Shown piece after piece: positions 12,060-26,569 of a DNA stretch of 64,000 nucleotides (positions are counted from its first letter, which is position 1; every line of letters starts with the position of its first letter). The notes under the pieces are model-generated. The model was not told the DNA's origin. It ran no database searches and worked only from the letters and a program-made list of their open reading frames with translations. Made by a program: the position numbers and the translations under genes. This DNA is from Mobula hypostoma (taxonomy: Eukaryota). The stretch is taken from contig NC_086109.1 in assembly GCF_963921235.1 (NCBI RefSeq), positions 6,760,001 to 6,824,000 of the forward strand, read 5' to 3'.

Positions 12060-13990
12060 CATAAGAACATAATAAATAGGAGCAGGAGTCGGCTACCTGG
12101 CCTGTCAAGCCTGACCTATCATTCAATAAGATCATGGCTGATCTGGCCATGGACTCATTTCTACCTACCTGCCTTTTCCCCATAACCCTTAATTCCCTTA
12201 CTATGCAAAAATCTATCCAACCTTGTCTTAAATATATTTACTGAGTTAGCCTCCACTACTTCATTGGGCAGAGAATTCCACAGATTCACCACTCTTTGGG
12301 AAAAGCAGTTCCTCCTCATTTCTGTCTTAAATCTACTCCCCCGAATCTTGAGGTTACGTCCCCTATTCTAGTCTCACCTACCAGTGGAAACAACTTTCCT
12401 GCCTCTATCTTATCTATCCCTTTCATAATTTTATATGTTCTTATAAGATCTCCTCTCATTCTTCTGAATTCCAGTGAGTACAGTCCCAGATAACTCAATC
12501 TTTTCTCATAGTCTAACCCCCTCATCTCTGGAATCAACCTGGTGAACCTCCTCTGCACCACCTCCAAAGCCAGTATATCCTTCCTCAAGTAAGGAGACCA
12601 GAACTGCACACAGTACTCTAGGTGCGGCCTCACTAGTACCCTGTACAGTTGCAGCATAACCTCCCTGCTCTTAAATTCAATTCCTCTAGTGTGACGGGGT
12701 CCTGAATTACTCCTGTGAACTGTGCTTCTGAAAAGAGAGAGTGAGAGTTATTTAACACCAACATGTTGTTTTGAAAAGAGAGAGAGAAAGAAAGAGAGAG
12801 AGAGAGAGAGATAAAGACTAACTGTTGGACTATCACTTTAAGGCACAAGGAACTTTTGGATTTCTGCTGAGTTGGAGATGGCACCAAGCAGCTCGTAAGT
12901 TGCTATGGTGACCGAGGGCAGCGTTATTTGATGGACAATCGATGTTATGATTTTTCGGCAGCGTGTTGATACTTCCCAAGGACATGGCATGCTAGTGCAT
13001 TTCTTACACAGTCAAAGGAAGGAGGAGTTATTTGAGAGACAGTTGGTACCTGGTAAAGTGAGATAAATAGGAGGTTAGATAATATAGACCTCAGCACATG
13101 TTTTGGAATCTGAATGAGCTTCATTGTGCCTGCAGAAAAAGTGGGTTTTTGGAGGATCGATCAGTCGCTCTTGCAGTGAGAAAAGAGGTTGACCGGTGGG
13201 GAGCTGTCCATGTGTCCACCCTTGCCTGGGTGATAGCTCCACCACAGAAAACCAGTCCCCTTTGTTGTGGACACAGTCGGTGACTTTTAAGGGATTTCGG
13301 AGGACAATGAGAAGATCGACGGTGTTAGCTCACCTGAGGTCTCAAATCTCTCCCTCTCTTTCTCTCCATCACTACTCAACTCAACACCACGAACTGAACT
13401 GAACTTTACTCATCATCGTAAGACTGTGGCTTTTTACCACTAGACTTGAAGAAGCATGATTTTCATATATTTCCACACTTATTGATATGCTTACTTATAT
13501 ATAATCATTGCTAACCTGTTTGATTTATCTACATTTATATTACTGTATTGTGTAGTTACTAATAAATATTATTAGTTAATAGCAATACTGGACTCCAAAG
13601 TGTTTTCTACTTCTGCTGGCTCTTTATTCCCGTCACGGGGTACGTGACAGTAGCAATGAAGGCCAACATTCCATTTGCCTTCCTGATAGCCTGCTGCACC
13701 TGCAAATCAACCTTTTGTGATTCATGTACAAGCACTCGCAAGTCCCTCTGCACAGCAGCATGCTGTAATTTTTTTACCATTTAAATAATAATCTGATCTT
13801 CCAATTTTTTCTTCCAAAGTGGATGACCTGGCATTTAGCAATATTGTACTCCATCTGCAGAACACTTGCCCACTCACTTAACCTATGTATATCTCTCTGC
13901 AGACTATCTGAACCTTCTGTACAATTTGCTTTTCCACTCAATTTAGTATCATCAGCAAACTTAGAGACACTACACTCTGTGCCCTCTTGG
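12060..13990 (-). mobile_element. CR1 LINE fragment split by the solo LTR
   Basis: SKFADDTKL (13774-14004) and [15 protein letters not shown] (12316-12657). Confidence 0.9.
12690..13649 (+). mobile_element. solo LTR inserted in a CR1
   Basis: TG...CA termini (TGTGAC...GTGACA), AATAAA at 13561, 4-bp flanks CTAG/GTAG; the CR1 reading continues on both sides. Confidence 0.8.
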
Positions 13991-16071
13991 GGGAACCTTG
14001 CCATTTCACCGCTCTGACCTCAAGCAATAGGGCTGGTAAAATGGTGAACTAGTTTATTATTGTCTCCTGTACTGAGGTACATAGAAAAAAAAACTTGTCT
14101 TACATGCCATCCATACAGATCACTGAGGTAGTACAAGGTAAAACAATAACAGACTGCAGAATAAAGTGTTAATGCTACAGAGAAAGTGCACTGCAGGCAG
14201 ACAATAAGGCGAAAGGTCATAATGAGGTAGATTGTGAGATCAAGAGTCCATCTTAGAGTACTAGAGAACCGTTCAATTGTCTTATAAGGATTTTAGTTTA
14301 GAGATACAACACTGTAAAGAACCTTCTGACCCAAGAAACTTGCGCAACCCAATTACACCCATGTGACTGATTACCTTACTAACCCGTATGTCCTTGGAAT
14401 GTGGGAGGAAACTGGAGTACCTGGGGGAGACTCATGCGGACATGGGGAGAACGTACAAATTCCTTACAGAGAGCAATGGGAATCAAGGATCAGGGATCAA
14501 CTTTACTCACTCTATAGATTGACATGTTTTAGGAATTTGCTGTGGTGTGTTGGCATGACGGTTTACAAAAGAAAACACCATTCAAAATTATAAAGGATTA
14601 TACAAAATATAAAGTTAAAGGTTAAACTACGGATATGGAATAAAATTAACAGAAATACATAAACACCGCATGTAGTTTAAATGTAAATAGCATTATAAAA
14701 AGTGTTTAAGGTGTTTACAGTGCAGTGATAGGGGGTAATAGATAGAGGGGGGTGGAGGGGGCTAACCAGAATGGTTGATCAGATTAACTGCCTGGGGGCA
14801 AGAAACTTTTAAGATGGCACGAAGTTTTTTAATTTAACACCCTTATCGCGTTTTCCACAGTCCTGGGTATGACTCTAAACTGCAACCGGTGATGAGGCTC
14901 TGACTGGGGACTTTCAGAGCTTTGGGGAAAGTGGAGCTACCCCTTCGTCATTCATTGCTCCCAGGGCCGCTCTGACCTGGAACGGTAGCACCTGCAAGGG
15001 TTCCTGCTCAGGATACGAGCGAAGGCCAACAGCAGATCCGGCAGGTTCCGTAACTGATCTTATGACGGAGAAGGCGGATGAGCTAGGACCTCAAATGACA
15101 ATGGCTATAGTACAGGCGGATGAACATTTGGGAAGGGAAATGGCGATTTCTTTAGTTCGCCCAACGGAAGGCAATAGCAAACCACTGTTGCTAGATATTA
15201 GGTTTCCTAGAATCTATTTGCTAAGAAAACCATCATCAAACTCACAAACTGTATCGCACAACAACAGTGTCAAGACGGTCTTCAAGACAATTCTGAAGAT
15301 CCTTCGCTTGGTAGGGTTGATTCTGGGCAGCAAGGGATCCCCAACTGTCATCAAGCTACTGCTCATAAAATTCAAGTAACACAAAAAAAAATTATTGCCT
15401 CTTGGAATGTAAGAACCCTATATCAAGCAGGAAGATTGGACAATGTGATAAATGAAATGGAAAGACTAAAGATTAACATCAAGGGAATTAACGAAGTTCA
15501 TTGGACAGGTGCTGGAACATGTCAGTATAGAAATAAAACACCAATTTATTCTTGTGGAACATCCCATACTAACGGAGTAGGAATTTTTATAGATGAAAAC
15601 ATGGCAAAAAGTGTTTTAGGACATTGGGCAATATCAGAAAGAGTGCTCCTTGTTAGATTCAGAGCTCAACCATTTGATTTAGCAATTATACAGGTATATG
15701 AACCAATAATAGAAAAAATGAGGATATAGATAAATTCTATGAAGAGCTTGAACAAGTAAAGAATTGATGCAAATCTCAAGATATTGTTATTGTCATGGGA
15801 GATCTAAATGCTAAAGTAGGACAAGGTGCTGATGGAAATACCATAGGAAAATTTGGACTAGGGGAAAGAAATTAAAGAGGTGAGAAATGGGTAGAATGGT
15901 GTAAGATGAATAATCAGGTCATTATGAATACCGACTTTAAAAACCATCCTAGATGCTTGTGGACCTGGAAAGTCAAGGCGATAACACCAGAAATCAAATT
16001 GACCTTATTACTATAAACCAAAGATTTAGAAACTCAGTGACTCAATGCAAAACATATCCAGTAATATGTCA

Positions 16072-16893
16072 TATATAACCATATAACAATTACAGCACAG
16101 AAACAGGCCATCTTGGCCCTTCTAGTCTGTGCTGAACTCTTACTCTCACCTAGTCCCACTGACCTGCACTTGGCCCATAACCCTCCATTCCTTTCCTGTC
16201 CATATATCTATCCAATTTAACTTTAAACGACAACATCGAACCTGCCTCAACCACTTCTGCTGGAAGCTCGTTCCACACAGCTACCACTCTCTGAGTAAAG
16301 AAGTTCCCCCTCATGTTACCCCTAAAGTTTTGCCCTTTCACTCTCAACTCATGTCCTCTTGTTTGAATCTTCCCCACTCTCAATGGAAAAAGCCTATCCA
16401 CATCAACTCTATCAATCCCCCTCATAATTTTAAACACCTCTATCAAGTCCCTCCTCAACCTTCTACGCTCCAAAGAATAAAGACCTAACTTGTTCAACCT
16501 TTCTCTGTAACTTAGGAGATGAAATCCAGGCAACATTTTAGTAAACCTCCTCTGTACTCTCTCAATTTTATTGACATCTTTCCTATAATTCGGTGACCAG
16601 AACTGTACATAATACTCCAAATTTGGCCTTACCAATGCCCTATACAATTTCAACATTACATCCCAACTCCTACACTCAATGCTCTGATTAATAAAGGCCA
16701 GCATACCAAAAGCTTTCTTCACCACCCTATCCACATGAGATTCCACCTTCAGGGAACTATGCACCATTATTCCTAGATCCCTCTGTTCCACAGCATTCTT
16801 CAATGCCCTACCATTTACCATGTATGTCCTATTTTGATTCGTCCTACCAAAATGTAGCACCTCACATTTTTCAGCATTAAACTCCATCTGCCA
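16072..16893 (-). mobile_element. CR1 LINE 3' fragment nested in the RTE
   Basis: ORF 16150-16887: FNAEKCEVLHFG, RDLGI, LVRPNLEY, LERRRLRRDLIEVFK, FFTQRVVAVWNELP. Confidence 0.92.
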
Positions 16894-17914
16894 TCATGTA
16901 AAAGTAAAACTTAAAAAAATTAAAGAAGCAAAAACCTGAACAATCCCTTGACTACTGACAATTATTTAAAGAAGAAAATCTAAGATGAAAATTTACAATT
17001 GTAGTAAGGAATAGATTTCAAAGTCTAGAAATAGAATCCGTTGAATATGATAGCAATCGTGTAGAAATGAAGTTTAACTCTCTAAAGGATGCCTTGGTAA
17101 GATCAGCAAAGTCAGTGATTCTTAAAAAAGAAAAAAAGCACAAAGAATAAATGGATGACAGATGAAATCAAAAATCTAATGGAAGAAGGGAGATGGAAGA
17201 AAGCAAATCCTACAGAATATAAGTCCTTAGATAAAAAAAGTTAAAAGCTTATGTCAAAAAGCCAAAGAAGTATGGTTAAACCAGGAATGTGAGCAAATAG
17301 AAAGAATCCCTATTACTGATCCAAAAAGGTTACATCAACAAATCAAGAATATCACTGGTAAAAAGCTCCTCTGTTCTTCAGGTGGATGTTTGAAAGGAAA
17401 GGATGGTACCATTATCATGGAAAAAGATAAGATTATGAACAGATGGACTAAGTATACTCAGAAATTGTTTGAAGACAACCGAGGCGAAAAACCAGAAATT
17501 AAGAAGAGCATCAAAGGTCCAAGTATTTTAAAATCTGAAGTTCGTAATGCAGTAAATAAGATGAAGAAAGGAAAGGCAGCAGGTCCTGATGGATTAGTAA
17601 TAGAACAAATTATCGCCCTTGAAGATTATGGAGTTGAAAAACTTACTGATTTAATCAATGACATTTATGAGACTGGAATAACACCAGAAAAGATGAAGAA
17701 ATCAGTATTTATCACTCTTCCTGGAGCAATAGAATGTGAATTACATAGGACCATAAGTTTAATGAGTCATATCACCAAGATACTTCTAAGAATTTTGATG
17801 ACAAGAGCTAAAAGTAAGACGCAAGCTGAAATAGGTAAAGAACAATGTGGTTTTGTGAAAGACAAAGGTACAAGAAACGCAATATTGATGTTAAGGATAC
17901 TATCAGAATGAGCT

Positions 17915-18221
17915 TCCTTCCTTCCTTCCTTGCGCCCTTAACTCCTGGTGGAGTCGTCGGGGCGCCGTCATGACAAGCTTTGCACCAGTCTGTTCCATCT
18001 GTCGCGGTTGTGTGCCAGAGCCGGGGTCACCGCAAATGTTTTCCCTGTCCATTCTTTAATATTTTCCGTCCATCTTTTCCTCTGTCTGCCTCTCCTTCTT
18101 TTCCCCTCCACAGTTCCTTGTAGAATGGTCTTTGCAAAGCCACTGGATCTTGTTACGTGGCCGTACCATCTCAGCTTTCTTTTCTTCTCCGTTGTGAGAA
18201 GGTCTTCATGGGGGCCAGTGT
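17915..18221 (-). mobile_element. 3' fragment of a second RTE family nested in the RTE
   Basis: Minus-strand translation KRKLRWYGHVTRSSGFAKTILQGTVEGKRRRGRQRKRW; (GGAA)n tail; TSD GAA(T/C)GAGCT at 17906-17914 and 18222-18230. Confidence 0.88.
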
Positions 18222-21200
18222 GAACGAGCTATTCAGGTGCAAAAAGATTTGTTTGTTTGTTTTATCGACTACACAAAAGCATTTGATCAAGTGAAGCACA
18301 ATAAGTTACTTGAAATATTACAGGAAACTCTAGATATAGATTCAAAAGACCTCCACCTAATCAGAAATCTGTACTGGGAACAAACTGCCGCTATAAGGAT
18401 AGATGGAGAAGTGAGTCAGTTTACGAAAATCAAGAGAGGCGTTAGACAAGGGTGTGTTTTCTCCCTTGATTTGTTTAATGTGTACAGCGAAACAATATTA
18501 CAAAAAATAAGAGACATCTTCGGAATCAAAGTTGGTGGTGAAAACATCAATAATTTCAGATATGTGGATGACACTGTGTTAATGGCAAGTACGGAGGAAG
18601 AACTACAAAACTTAATTGATATAGTTGTTGAAGAAAGTGCAAAAATGGGTCTATCTATCAATTGTAAAAAGACAGAATGTATGGTGATATCCAAAAAGAA
18701 GGAGAATCCTATCTGCAGGCTGAGAATAAACGGGGAAGACATAAAACAAGTACAGAACTTTTGCTACTTAGGAAGCTGGGTGACATCAGATGGCAGGTGC
18801 GACATGGACATCAAAAGAAGAATAGGGATGGCAAAAAACACCTTTATGAGAATGAAGAGTATACTGACCAATACTAAACTAGGCGTGACAACCCACCTCA
18901 GAGTACTGCAATGTTACGTTTATCCAGTTATGTTATATGGATCAGAACGTTGGACAACATCTAGTAATATGAGGAAACGAATTGAAGCAGCAGAGATGTG
19001 GTTTTTGAGGAGGATGCAAAGAATATCACGGACGAAACGAATATCTAATGAGGATGTCATGAACAGAGCAAACACAAGAAGAGAAATAATGTATGAGATC
19101 ATGAAAAGGCAACGTAACTTCATTGGACATGTGATTAGGAAAGAGGAGTTAGAATGAACGGTAATTATGGGAAAGATTGAAGGGAAGAAAGCAAGAAGAA
19201 GACAAAGACAAATGATGATGGAGACAGCAACCAGAGAACTGGAAATGAATACCAATTAATTGATCCACTTAACCCGAAACAGGAATGTGTGGGCCATGGC
19301 AGTCAAAGCTCAAACTGGGCACGGCACCTGATGATGATGATCGCGTTTTCCAGTAACAGTGGGATGGAGTGTTTAGTCTGGCACTGTGTAGGTTGCAAGG
19401 GCCATGATGTGAGATCAAGAATCAATGTTATTGTTCAATAGTTTATTGCATCAGAATAGAAGCTGTCCCTGAGCCTGGTGGTACATGCATTAGGCTTTTA
19501 CATCTTCCACCTGGTGGGAGAGTGGAGAAGAGAGAATGTCCTGGGTTGGCGGGGTCTTTGATTATTCTCACAAACAAGAGCAAATCTGCAAGTGCTGGAT
19601 ATCCAAGCAACACATACAAAATGCTGGAGGAACTTAGCAGGCCAGGCAGCATCTATGGAAAAGAGTAACGTCAATGTTTCAGGATGAAACCCTTCGGCAG
19701 GACTGCTGGCTGCTGGCTGCTTTGTGGAGGCAGTGGGAATTGTGCAAAAGTCTAAGGCAATATACATAGCTAGGGTGCCTGAGACCTTCACAGAAAAAAA
19801 ACAAATTTTGTGACATATGTGAGTGATGATAAACCTGATTCTGATATGAGTCTCTGTTGTGGACTGGGAGTGGGAAGAGGGCAGGGAGAGGGGAATCGTG
19901 GTTGGGAAAAGGGGAAGAGAGAGGGAAGCACCAAAGAGAAATTCTGTAATGATCAATAAACCAATTGTTTGGAATGAAATTACTTTGCTTGGGTGTCTGC
20001 ACTGACACCACCTCCCACCTCTGGCACTCCTCTCTGCCACCTGTCACACACACCTCTTGTGGCACTCCATCCTCACCATGCCCATCGTCCTTTGCTCCCA
20101 TCAAATCTACAAACTCACTCTCTGCTCCACATTGAGAAATACAGTACTGTGCAAGGGAAACATGCTTGTGTTCTGCTTTTATCCCAGTCACATGCTTGGA
20201 AATGGGTGGACTGCTGGCTGGGAATACGAGCAAGTTCCCTGTTTGTAATCAGAAACACAAACTTCACAGGTAATGCCCAGAAGAGAAAAAGGAACAGAAA
20301 GAGGAAGAGGGAGAAAAACATATGACAAAATGCAATCTCTTGAGTAGTTAAGCAATAGCTGTAGTTAGCGGAAGTTTGAGATCAGAGTTTTCCTTCTCCT
20401 AGATGAGCTGCCAACCACAGCTGGTGAGCCCTGTCTGCCCGAAGCGACTGGCTTTAAGGCGCCTGTAACCTACCATTGCCCCCTTCTCCTGCCAGTAGAA
20501 ACAGTCCAACCGGGCTTAGTAGCTAAGCCACATGTGTAGGCCAGGAGCAGGACTTAGCTGTCAGAGGTTATTTGAGGTGCACGCCATTGGGAGCATTTAA
20601 TAGGTAGCGGGAGCTTTTTCCCCATTAGCACCCCTGGCTCAACCTTAAGGAACCACAGAAGAAGACATCCTAAATAGGAGGTTAAGCCCACTAAAATAAT
20701 AACACAAAGAAAATAATAATAAGATATTATTTGTGTGTTTACTCTGGATTTCCAGCTTCTGAAGAGTCTCTTGTAGTTATGACTCAAAGACGTCTAACTG
20801 CATCTTCCTTTGGTGTGTGTGGTCCCACTCTCCCATGTGCAGGTCTCTCTGTTGCAACCAGACCCCACAAGGGATCTAGTTGTTCAGTGAAATGTGAACA
20901 GGAGCCAGGTGCGTTAACGGCTAACAAGGTTCTTGACCAGCAATCACAGAAGCACAGAAAGTCTGAGATTAACATAGTCCTTAATCCTAAATAATTTACT
21001 GAATACTGAAAGGCAGAGAATAGAATGTTTTCAGTAGTGGGAGAGTCTGTGACCAGAGGGCACAGCCTCAGATAAGACCATCATCATCCTTATGTGCAGT
21101 GGTGTATGATGTGGGCAAACTGGTCTTATCCATGATTGATTGTTCTAGGCAATGTTTTCCCACATAAGTGGTTTGCCATTGCCTTCTTCTGGGCAGTGTC

Positions 21201-21658
21201 TTTACAAGACGGGTGACCCCAGCCATTATCGATACTCTTCAGAGATTGTCTGCCTGGTGTCAGTGGTCACACAGCCAGGACTAGTGATGTGCACCAGCTG
21301 CTCATACGACCATCCACCACCTGCTCCCGTGGCTTCACATGACTTTGTCCAATGGTGACCTGCAGGCTAGCGGAAGGAAGGAGTGTCTTACACCTCCTTC
21401 GGTAGAGATGTATCTCCTCCTTGCCATCCCACCAGAAGAGAAGGACGTCCCTTTGAACAGAGGTTTCTTCAGTCAGAGGGTGGTGAGTTTGTGAAATTCA
21501 TTGCCAGAGAGCTGTGGAGATAAGTCATTGAGTGTATTTATGACAGAGATTTTAGAGGTTTTTGGTTGGTAATGTGGTTACTAGTTACAGGGAGAAATCA
21601 GTAGAATGTGGCTAAAAAATATCAACCACGATTGAATTGGAGAGCAGACCTGATTGGC

Positions 21659-21868
21659 AGATACAGAGAGAGATGATGATAATTAATCTAAAGGAATTGG
21701 GGGTGCAGGAATTCACATTAAAAGGGTTGCTGGGCATTGGTGAGAGAGCACAGGTCAAGGTATTTTTAGCTTTCTTAAGGGATACAGGGGTTTTTTATAG
21801 AATATGAAGGATAAGCAGGAATAGGGTAGTAGGATGGCCAAAGGTGGGAGGATAAAGTGTATGTTAGG

Positions 21869-21924
<56 letters not shown>

Positions 21925-22039
21925 TTGGGTGAAGGGATTTAGAATGTAAGTCTAGTGCAGACTCCGGAGCAGAAGGTGGCGGTAATGCACCATTAAGCTG
22001 GGTGCCAACCGCCGTAAAACAAGATGGAGAAGAAGAAGG
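21659..22039 (+). mobile_element. I/Nimb-like LINE 3' fragment with an internal (TG)n
   Basis: 13-bp TSD AGACCTGATTGGC at 21646-21658 and 22040-22052; ORF end FLAFLRDTGVFYRI*; AGGTGGCGGTAATGCACC terminus with (GAA)n tail; clade assignment is inference. Confidence 0.7.
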
Positions 22040-25000
22040 AGACCTGATTGGCTGAATTCTGCTCCTATATTATGGTCTTACGGTCTAATGTAATGTTTCC
22101 TGGATAGCACAGAGTGTAGGAGATGTGAGGTGGCTCCCCTGATGACAGGAACGCTCTCAGATCCAGCATTGCAGAGGAGATAGGTCCCTGGTCCAGCCCA
22201 TTGGTTGACAGACACTAAGAGGCCAATGTGAGCAGTGGACCACGGGAGAGAGAGGACAGCAGCTTTACACTTTACACATGACATGCACCTGCTTCTGGGT
22301 CACAGGTTCCTGGCAGTGGGCGGGGGGGGGCAGGAATCTAACACTCGAAGCCCCGACCACAGAGTAACAATGGCAGGGATTAAAGCTTCCAGTGAGGCCT
22401 CTGCTGAGAAGGCTGTGATAAGGGAGGGGGGCCCATGGATGATGTGGGAAGGGTGGGCAGAGAAAAAGAGTAGGAATGGGGCGGGAGAGGAGAGGGAGTG
22501 GGGAGAATGAAAAAGGAGAAATAGAGAGTGACGGTGAATGGGAGCAAGATAAAGTGATAGATATAGAGATAGAGAGAGATCCAGCCTTTGTCATCATCTC
22601 TGTGAGGCTGACACTCCCCACCACCCTCTGAGTTAAAAACAGAAGTCCACTCTCTCCTCTCTACACCAGCAACCATGCAGATTAGAATCACAACATGGCC
22701 TCCAAACCCCAACTGGCAACTGCGCCTGTGTTGGGAAGATCAACATCACTCACGTCCCCCACTCCTAACACCAAGACAGTGGTAGAGTGGTTTCCCTTCA
22801 AAGTTCAAAGTTCAAAGTAAATTTATTATGATGACATGTATATGTCACCATATACTTCCTTGAGAGATTAATTTTCTTGCAGTTATTTATAGAAAATAAA
22901 TACAATAGAATTTATGAAAACACTCTACACCAACAAAGACTGACAAACAACCAATGTGCAAAAGAAGACAAATTATCTAAATAATAATAATAAGATAAAT
23001 AAATGATATTGAGTTGTAGAGTCCTTGAAAGTAAGTCTGCAGGTTGTTGAGTCAGTTCAGTGATGAGCGAGCAAGGTTATCCATGTTGGTTCAAAAACCC
23101 GATGGTTGAGGGTTAATAACTGTTTCTGAACCTGGTGGTGTGGGATCTAAGTCTCCTGTGCCTCCTGCCTGATGGTAGCGGTGAGAAGAGAGTATGGCCT
23201 GGTTGGCAGGGGTCCTTAATGAAGGATGCTGCTTTCTTGTGGCGGGGCTCCTTGTAAATGTGCTCAGTGACGGGGAGGGATTTGCCTGTGATGGACTGGG
23301 CTGTGTCCACTACTTTCTGCAGACTTTTCTGTCCTGGGCGTTTCTTGGCTGACTTCCACTCTGTGCCAGTGGCAGAAGGAGCATGAGTTATAGTTTGTGG
23401 TTTGTGGTTGAGTATCTGGACCTTTAAGTCAGATGTGCATGTGGATGACATGGGTGATACAGCGATCTTCTGATGTTTATAGCTCAGCCTATTAACCACA
23501 ATCGGTGAGGTCATTCACTCGTTCCTGGGGTGACATTAGGCACTGGTGCATCTGGCCTCACCTCCCTCAGTCTTTGCTGGCTTCCTCCGTAGCCAACATC
23601 CAGAACCTCTCTCTGCGTGTCCGCCTGTTCCTCGGGTTCTCCAGGTGGGCTTCAGTGAAACAGGAAGCGGGCACCTTTTGGCCTTTGTACGTGTGGAGAC
23701 TACAGGCATTGCCAACAGCAGGTACCCATCCACAAACTGAAGGTGTAATTCAGAACGGGTAAGGACAACAACTTATTATTTAATACTTTTATGTATTGCT
23801 ATTAGTATTATTTATTTATCAGTATTATTTATTTCCTTATTTATTTAATTTTGTTTTGGTAATTGCACAATTTATCTTTTGCACATTGGTTGTTTGACGG
23901 TCTTTGTGTGTAGTTTTTCATTGACTCTATTGTATTTTTTTGTCCTACTCTGAATGCCTGCAATAAAATGAATGTCTAGGTATATATGGCAACATATACA
24001 TACTATAAGGGAGGGGAACGTCGACTCAGACCATGAGAGGCCTGTGTCGGGCATTTTCATGCCTTACAAGGCGCAGATTGATAATAAACTTATTTCAAGT
24101 GTTGTACTTAATTTCCCCTCTGAAGCCGGTATTCTCATGATCAACATTAGTGAAATTGATTTCTCTTTTACTTCCATACTTAACTTTTGAACAGAACTTT
24201 AATCCCTCTGGTGAGTCCTGATGAATGGCCTTGCACCGAAATGTCATCTGTTTATTCCCGTCCAAAGATGCTGCCTGACCTGCTGAGTTCCTCCAGCATT
24301 TTGTGTGTGTTCTCCCAACAGCCGTGGTGGGATATGAACTTGTGTTTTCAAATATGCAAGTTCGGAACCTTCACCTCTATTGCCCTTTTAAAACTCACGT
24401 TCTCAGTATTATTATTTGACTTTTAAAATTTGCACTTTTTGCCTTCATTTGCACTTTGGTCATTGGTCAGACTTTGTAGGGTTTTTCATAGCTTCTGTTG
24501 TATTTCTTTAGCATTCCTGTAAGAAAGTTAATCTTAAGGTATTATATAGTAACATATATGAACTTCGATAATACATTTATTTTGAAGCTGGCTGAGTTTT
24601 CAAAGGAAGTAGGGAAAGCCTGCCATACTCACATAAACACAGGAGATTCTGCAGATGCTAGAAATCAGGAGCAACACACACAATGCGATAAACAGTCAAC
24701 GTTTTGGGCCAAGACCCTTCTTTAGGACTGGAAAGGAAGGGAGAAGATGCCAGAATAAGAAAGAGGGGGAGGGGAAGGAGTGCAAGCTAGAAGGTGATAG
24801 GTGAAGCCAGGTGGGATGAAGCAAGAAGGTGGGAGGTGATAGGTGGAAAAAGCATGCAAGAAGCTGGCCAGATTCAAACCCAGGACCATTGATCTTGAAG
24901 TCCAGTGCTGATGCCACTAAACCCACTGGCCAGCTATCACTCGCATATGTTGTGAAATTAGTTTTTTAGCAACTCTGTTCCTTGTCACCATCAAAATTCT

Positions 25001-26569
25001 GCCAACAATACTTCTGTTGTCAGCAAATTTATAGATGGTGCTTGAGCATCACAATCATGGGGGTAGAGCAGTGGGCTAAGCACATATCCCTGAGGTGTGC
25101 CAGTGTTGATTGTCAGCAAGCAGGAGATGTTATTTCTGAACCGTACAAGTCATGCTCTCCCATCGTGAATGGCTGTGATGCCTCGCTCCCCGATGATCTC
25201 AACACCTTTTGTGCACACTTTGAACGGGAGAATAAAACTATACCTGTGGGAGTGCCTGGATTCAGCTGAATGAATGCTAATGCTTAAAGCCAAGGCTGTT
25301 GCCCTTTTCTTAATGTTCCTTTTATGACTCACCCGTGGTGGCTGAGAAAGAGAAATTAAATCTGTTGTTTCAACCTGCTAGCGTCATTATTTGGAAAGGA
25401 TATCTGGCAGGTTAAGCAAATAACGTGTGATTTATTTGGCTAGATTACCATTTATAGCACGTGCATCACAGTCCCCAAGGTCTTTCTTAGACCTTGACAA
25501 ACATTTTATCTGTCAAATCATAATATTCCATTCACTCGCTAAGCCAAATAACACAAAATCCTGATATAAAAAAGAGAAGGTTTTCTGCAGGTGCCTACTC
25601 CTTTGTCACGTGCACTTGATTCAAATTTATTTATCAGCTACATCAAAACCTGCGGTAAAATGCATCGTCTGTGTAAATGACCAAGATGCCTAAGGATGTG
25701 CTGGGGGCAGCCCACAAGTGTCGCCACACATTCCAGTGCCCACATGCTCAGCTGAACAACAGAGAACACAATAAAAGTAGCAACACTGAAACAAAACATA
25801 CAGAAAGGGTGCCTAAGACTTTTGCATAGTCCTGTAGGAATTTTATGTATTGCACTGTACTGCTGTCACAAAAAAAAATTTCATGATGTAAGTGATGATA
25901 AACCTGATTCTGATATGAGTGACAGGGGAATCACAGTTAGGAAAAGGGGAAGGGAGAGGGGAGGGAGTGGAAAGTACCAGGGAGACATTCCGTGATGTCC
26001 AATAAACCAACTGTTTGGAATAATGACCTTGCCTGGTGCCTCAGGGCTGGGTGTGTCTGCACCCACGTCACCCCTTCCTTCTCTGCCACCCGTCCCCCAC
26101 CCCTCCTGCGAGGGTGCACCCTCACATTTCCCAACAGCCTTTGCTCCCATCAGATTTGCAAGCTCGCTCTCCGCTCCACGTTGACAAATACAGTACTGTG
26201 CAAACGTCGTAGCCGCCCCAGCTATACATATGTGCCCAAGACTTTAGCAAAGGACGGTATATAGTCCTCTAACCACAGGACAGGCTATCTTCTTTGGTCC
26301 AGTCTCCAGTAAACACGCAGATTCGCAGATATCAGGTCTTCAATATTGCCATTGCTCTCACAGATACAGACTCGAGGCTGTGGTCAACATAGCTCAACTG
26401 CAGGATTTCTGATCGACCTACAGCTTTCGATCTTCAGGACTCACAGGTGACGATGCTTCAGGACCCCTTGTTCTAAACTCCTGATACAAACTTGTCTTAC
26501 GTTTATGTAGGGCTATGTTGTTCCAAAATACTTGGAATTTGGTCAGGGAGTTACTTTACCATGGCTGCA

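Larger units (their letters stand above)
14858..19339 (+). mobile_element. full-length but inactivated RTE-clade LINE (APE + RT) with two nested insertions
   Basis: APE motifs WNVRTL, GDLNAKVG, NQID; RT motifs KAAGPDG, EQCGF, FIDYTKAFD, GVRQGC, RYVDD, YLGS; (TGA)n tail; 13-bp TSD ATCGCGTTTTCCA at 14845-14857 and 19340-19352; several stops and frameshifts. Confidence 0.93.

Noticed and set aside
23562..23736. Possible minus-strand exon (cag acceptor, open frame FVDGYLLLAMP..., gtgagg donor) in a unique island
   Set aside because: No recognisable homology and no partner exons could be linked; it would need RNA evidence
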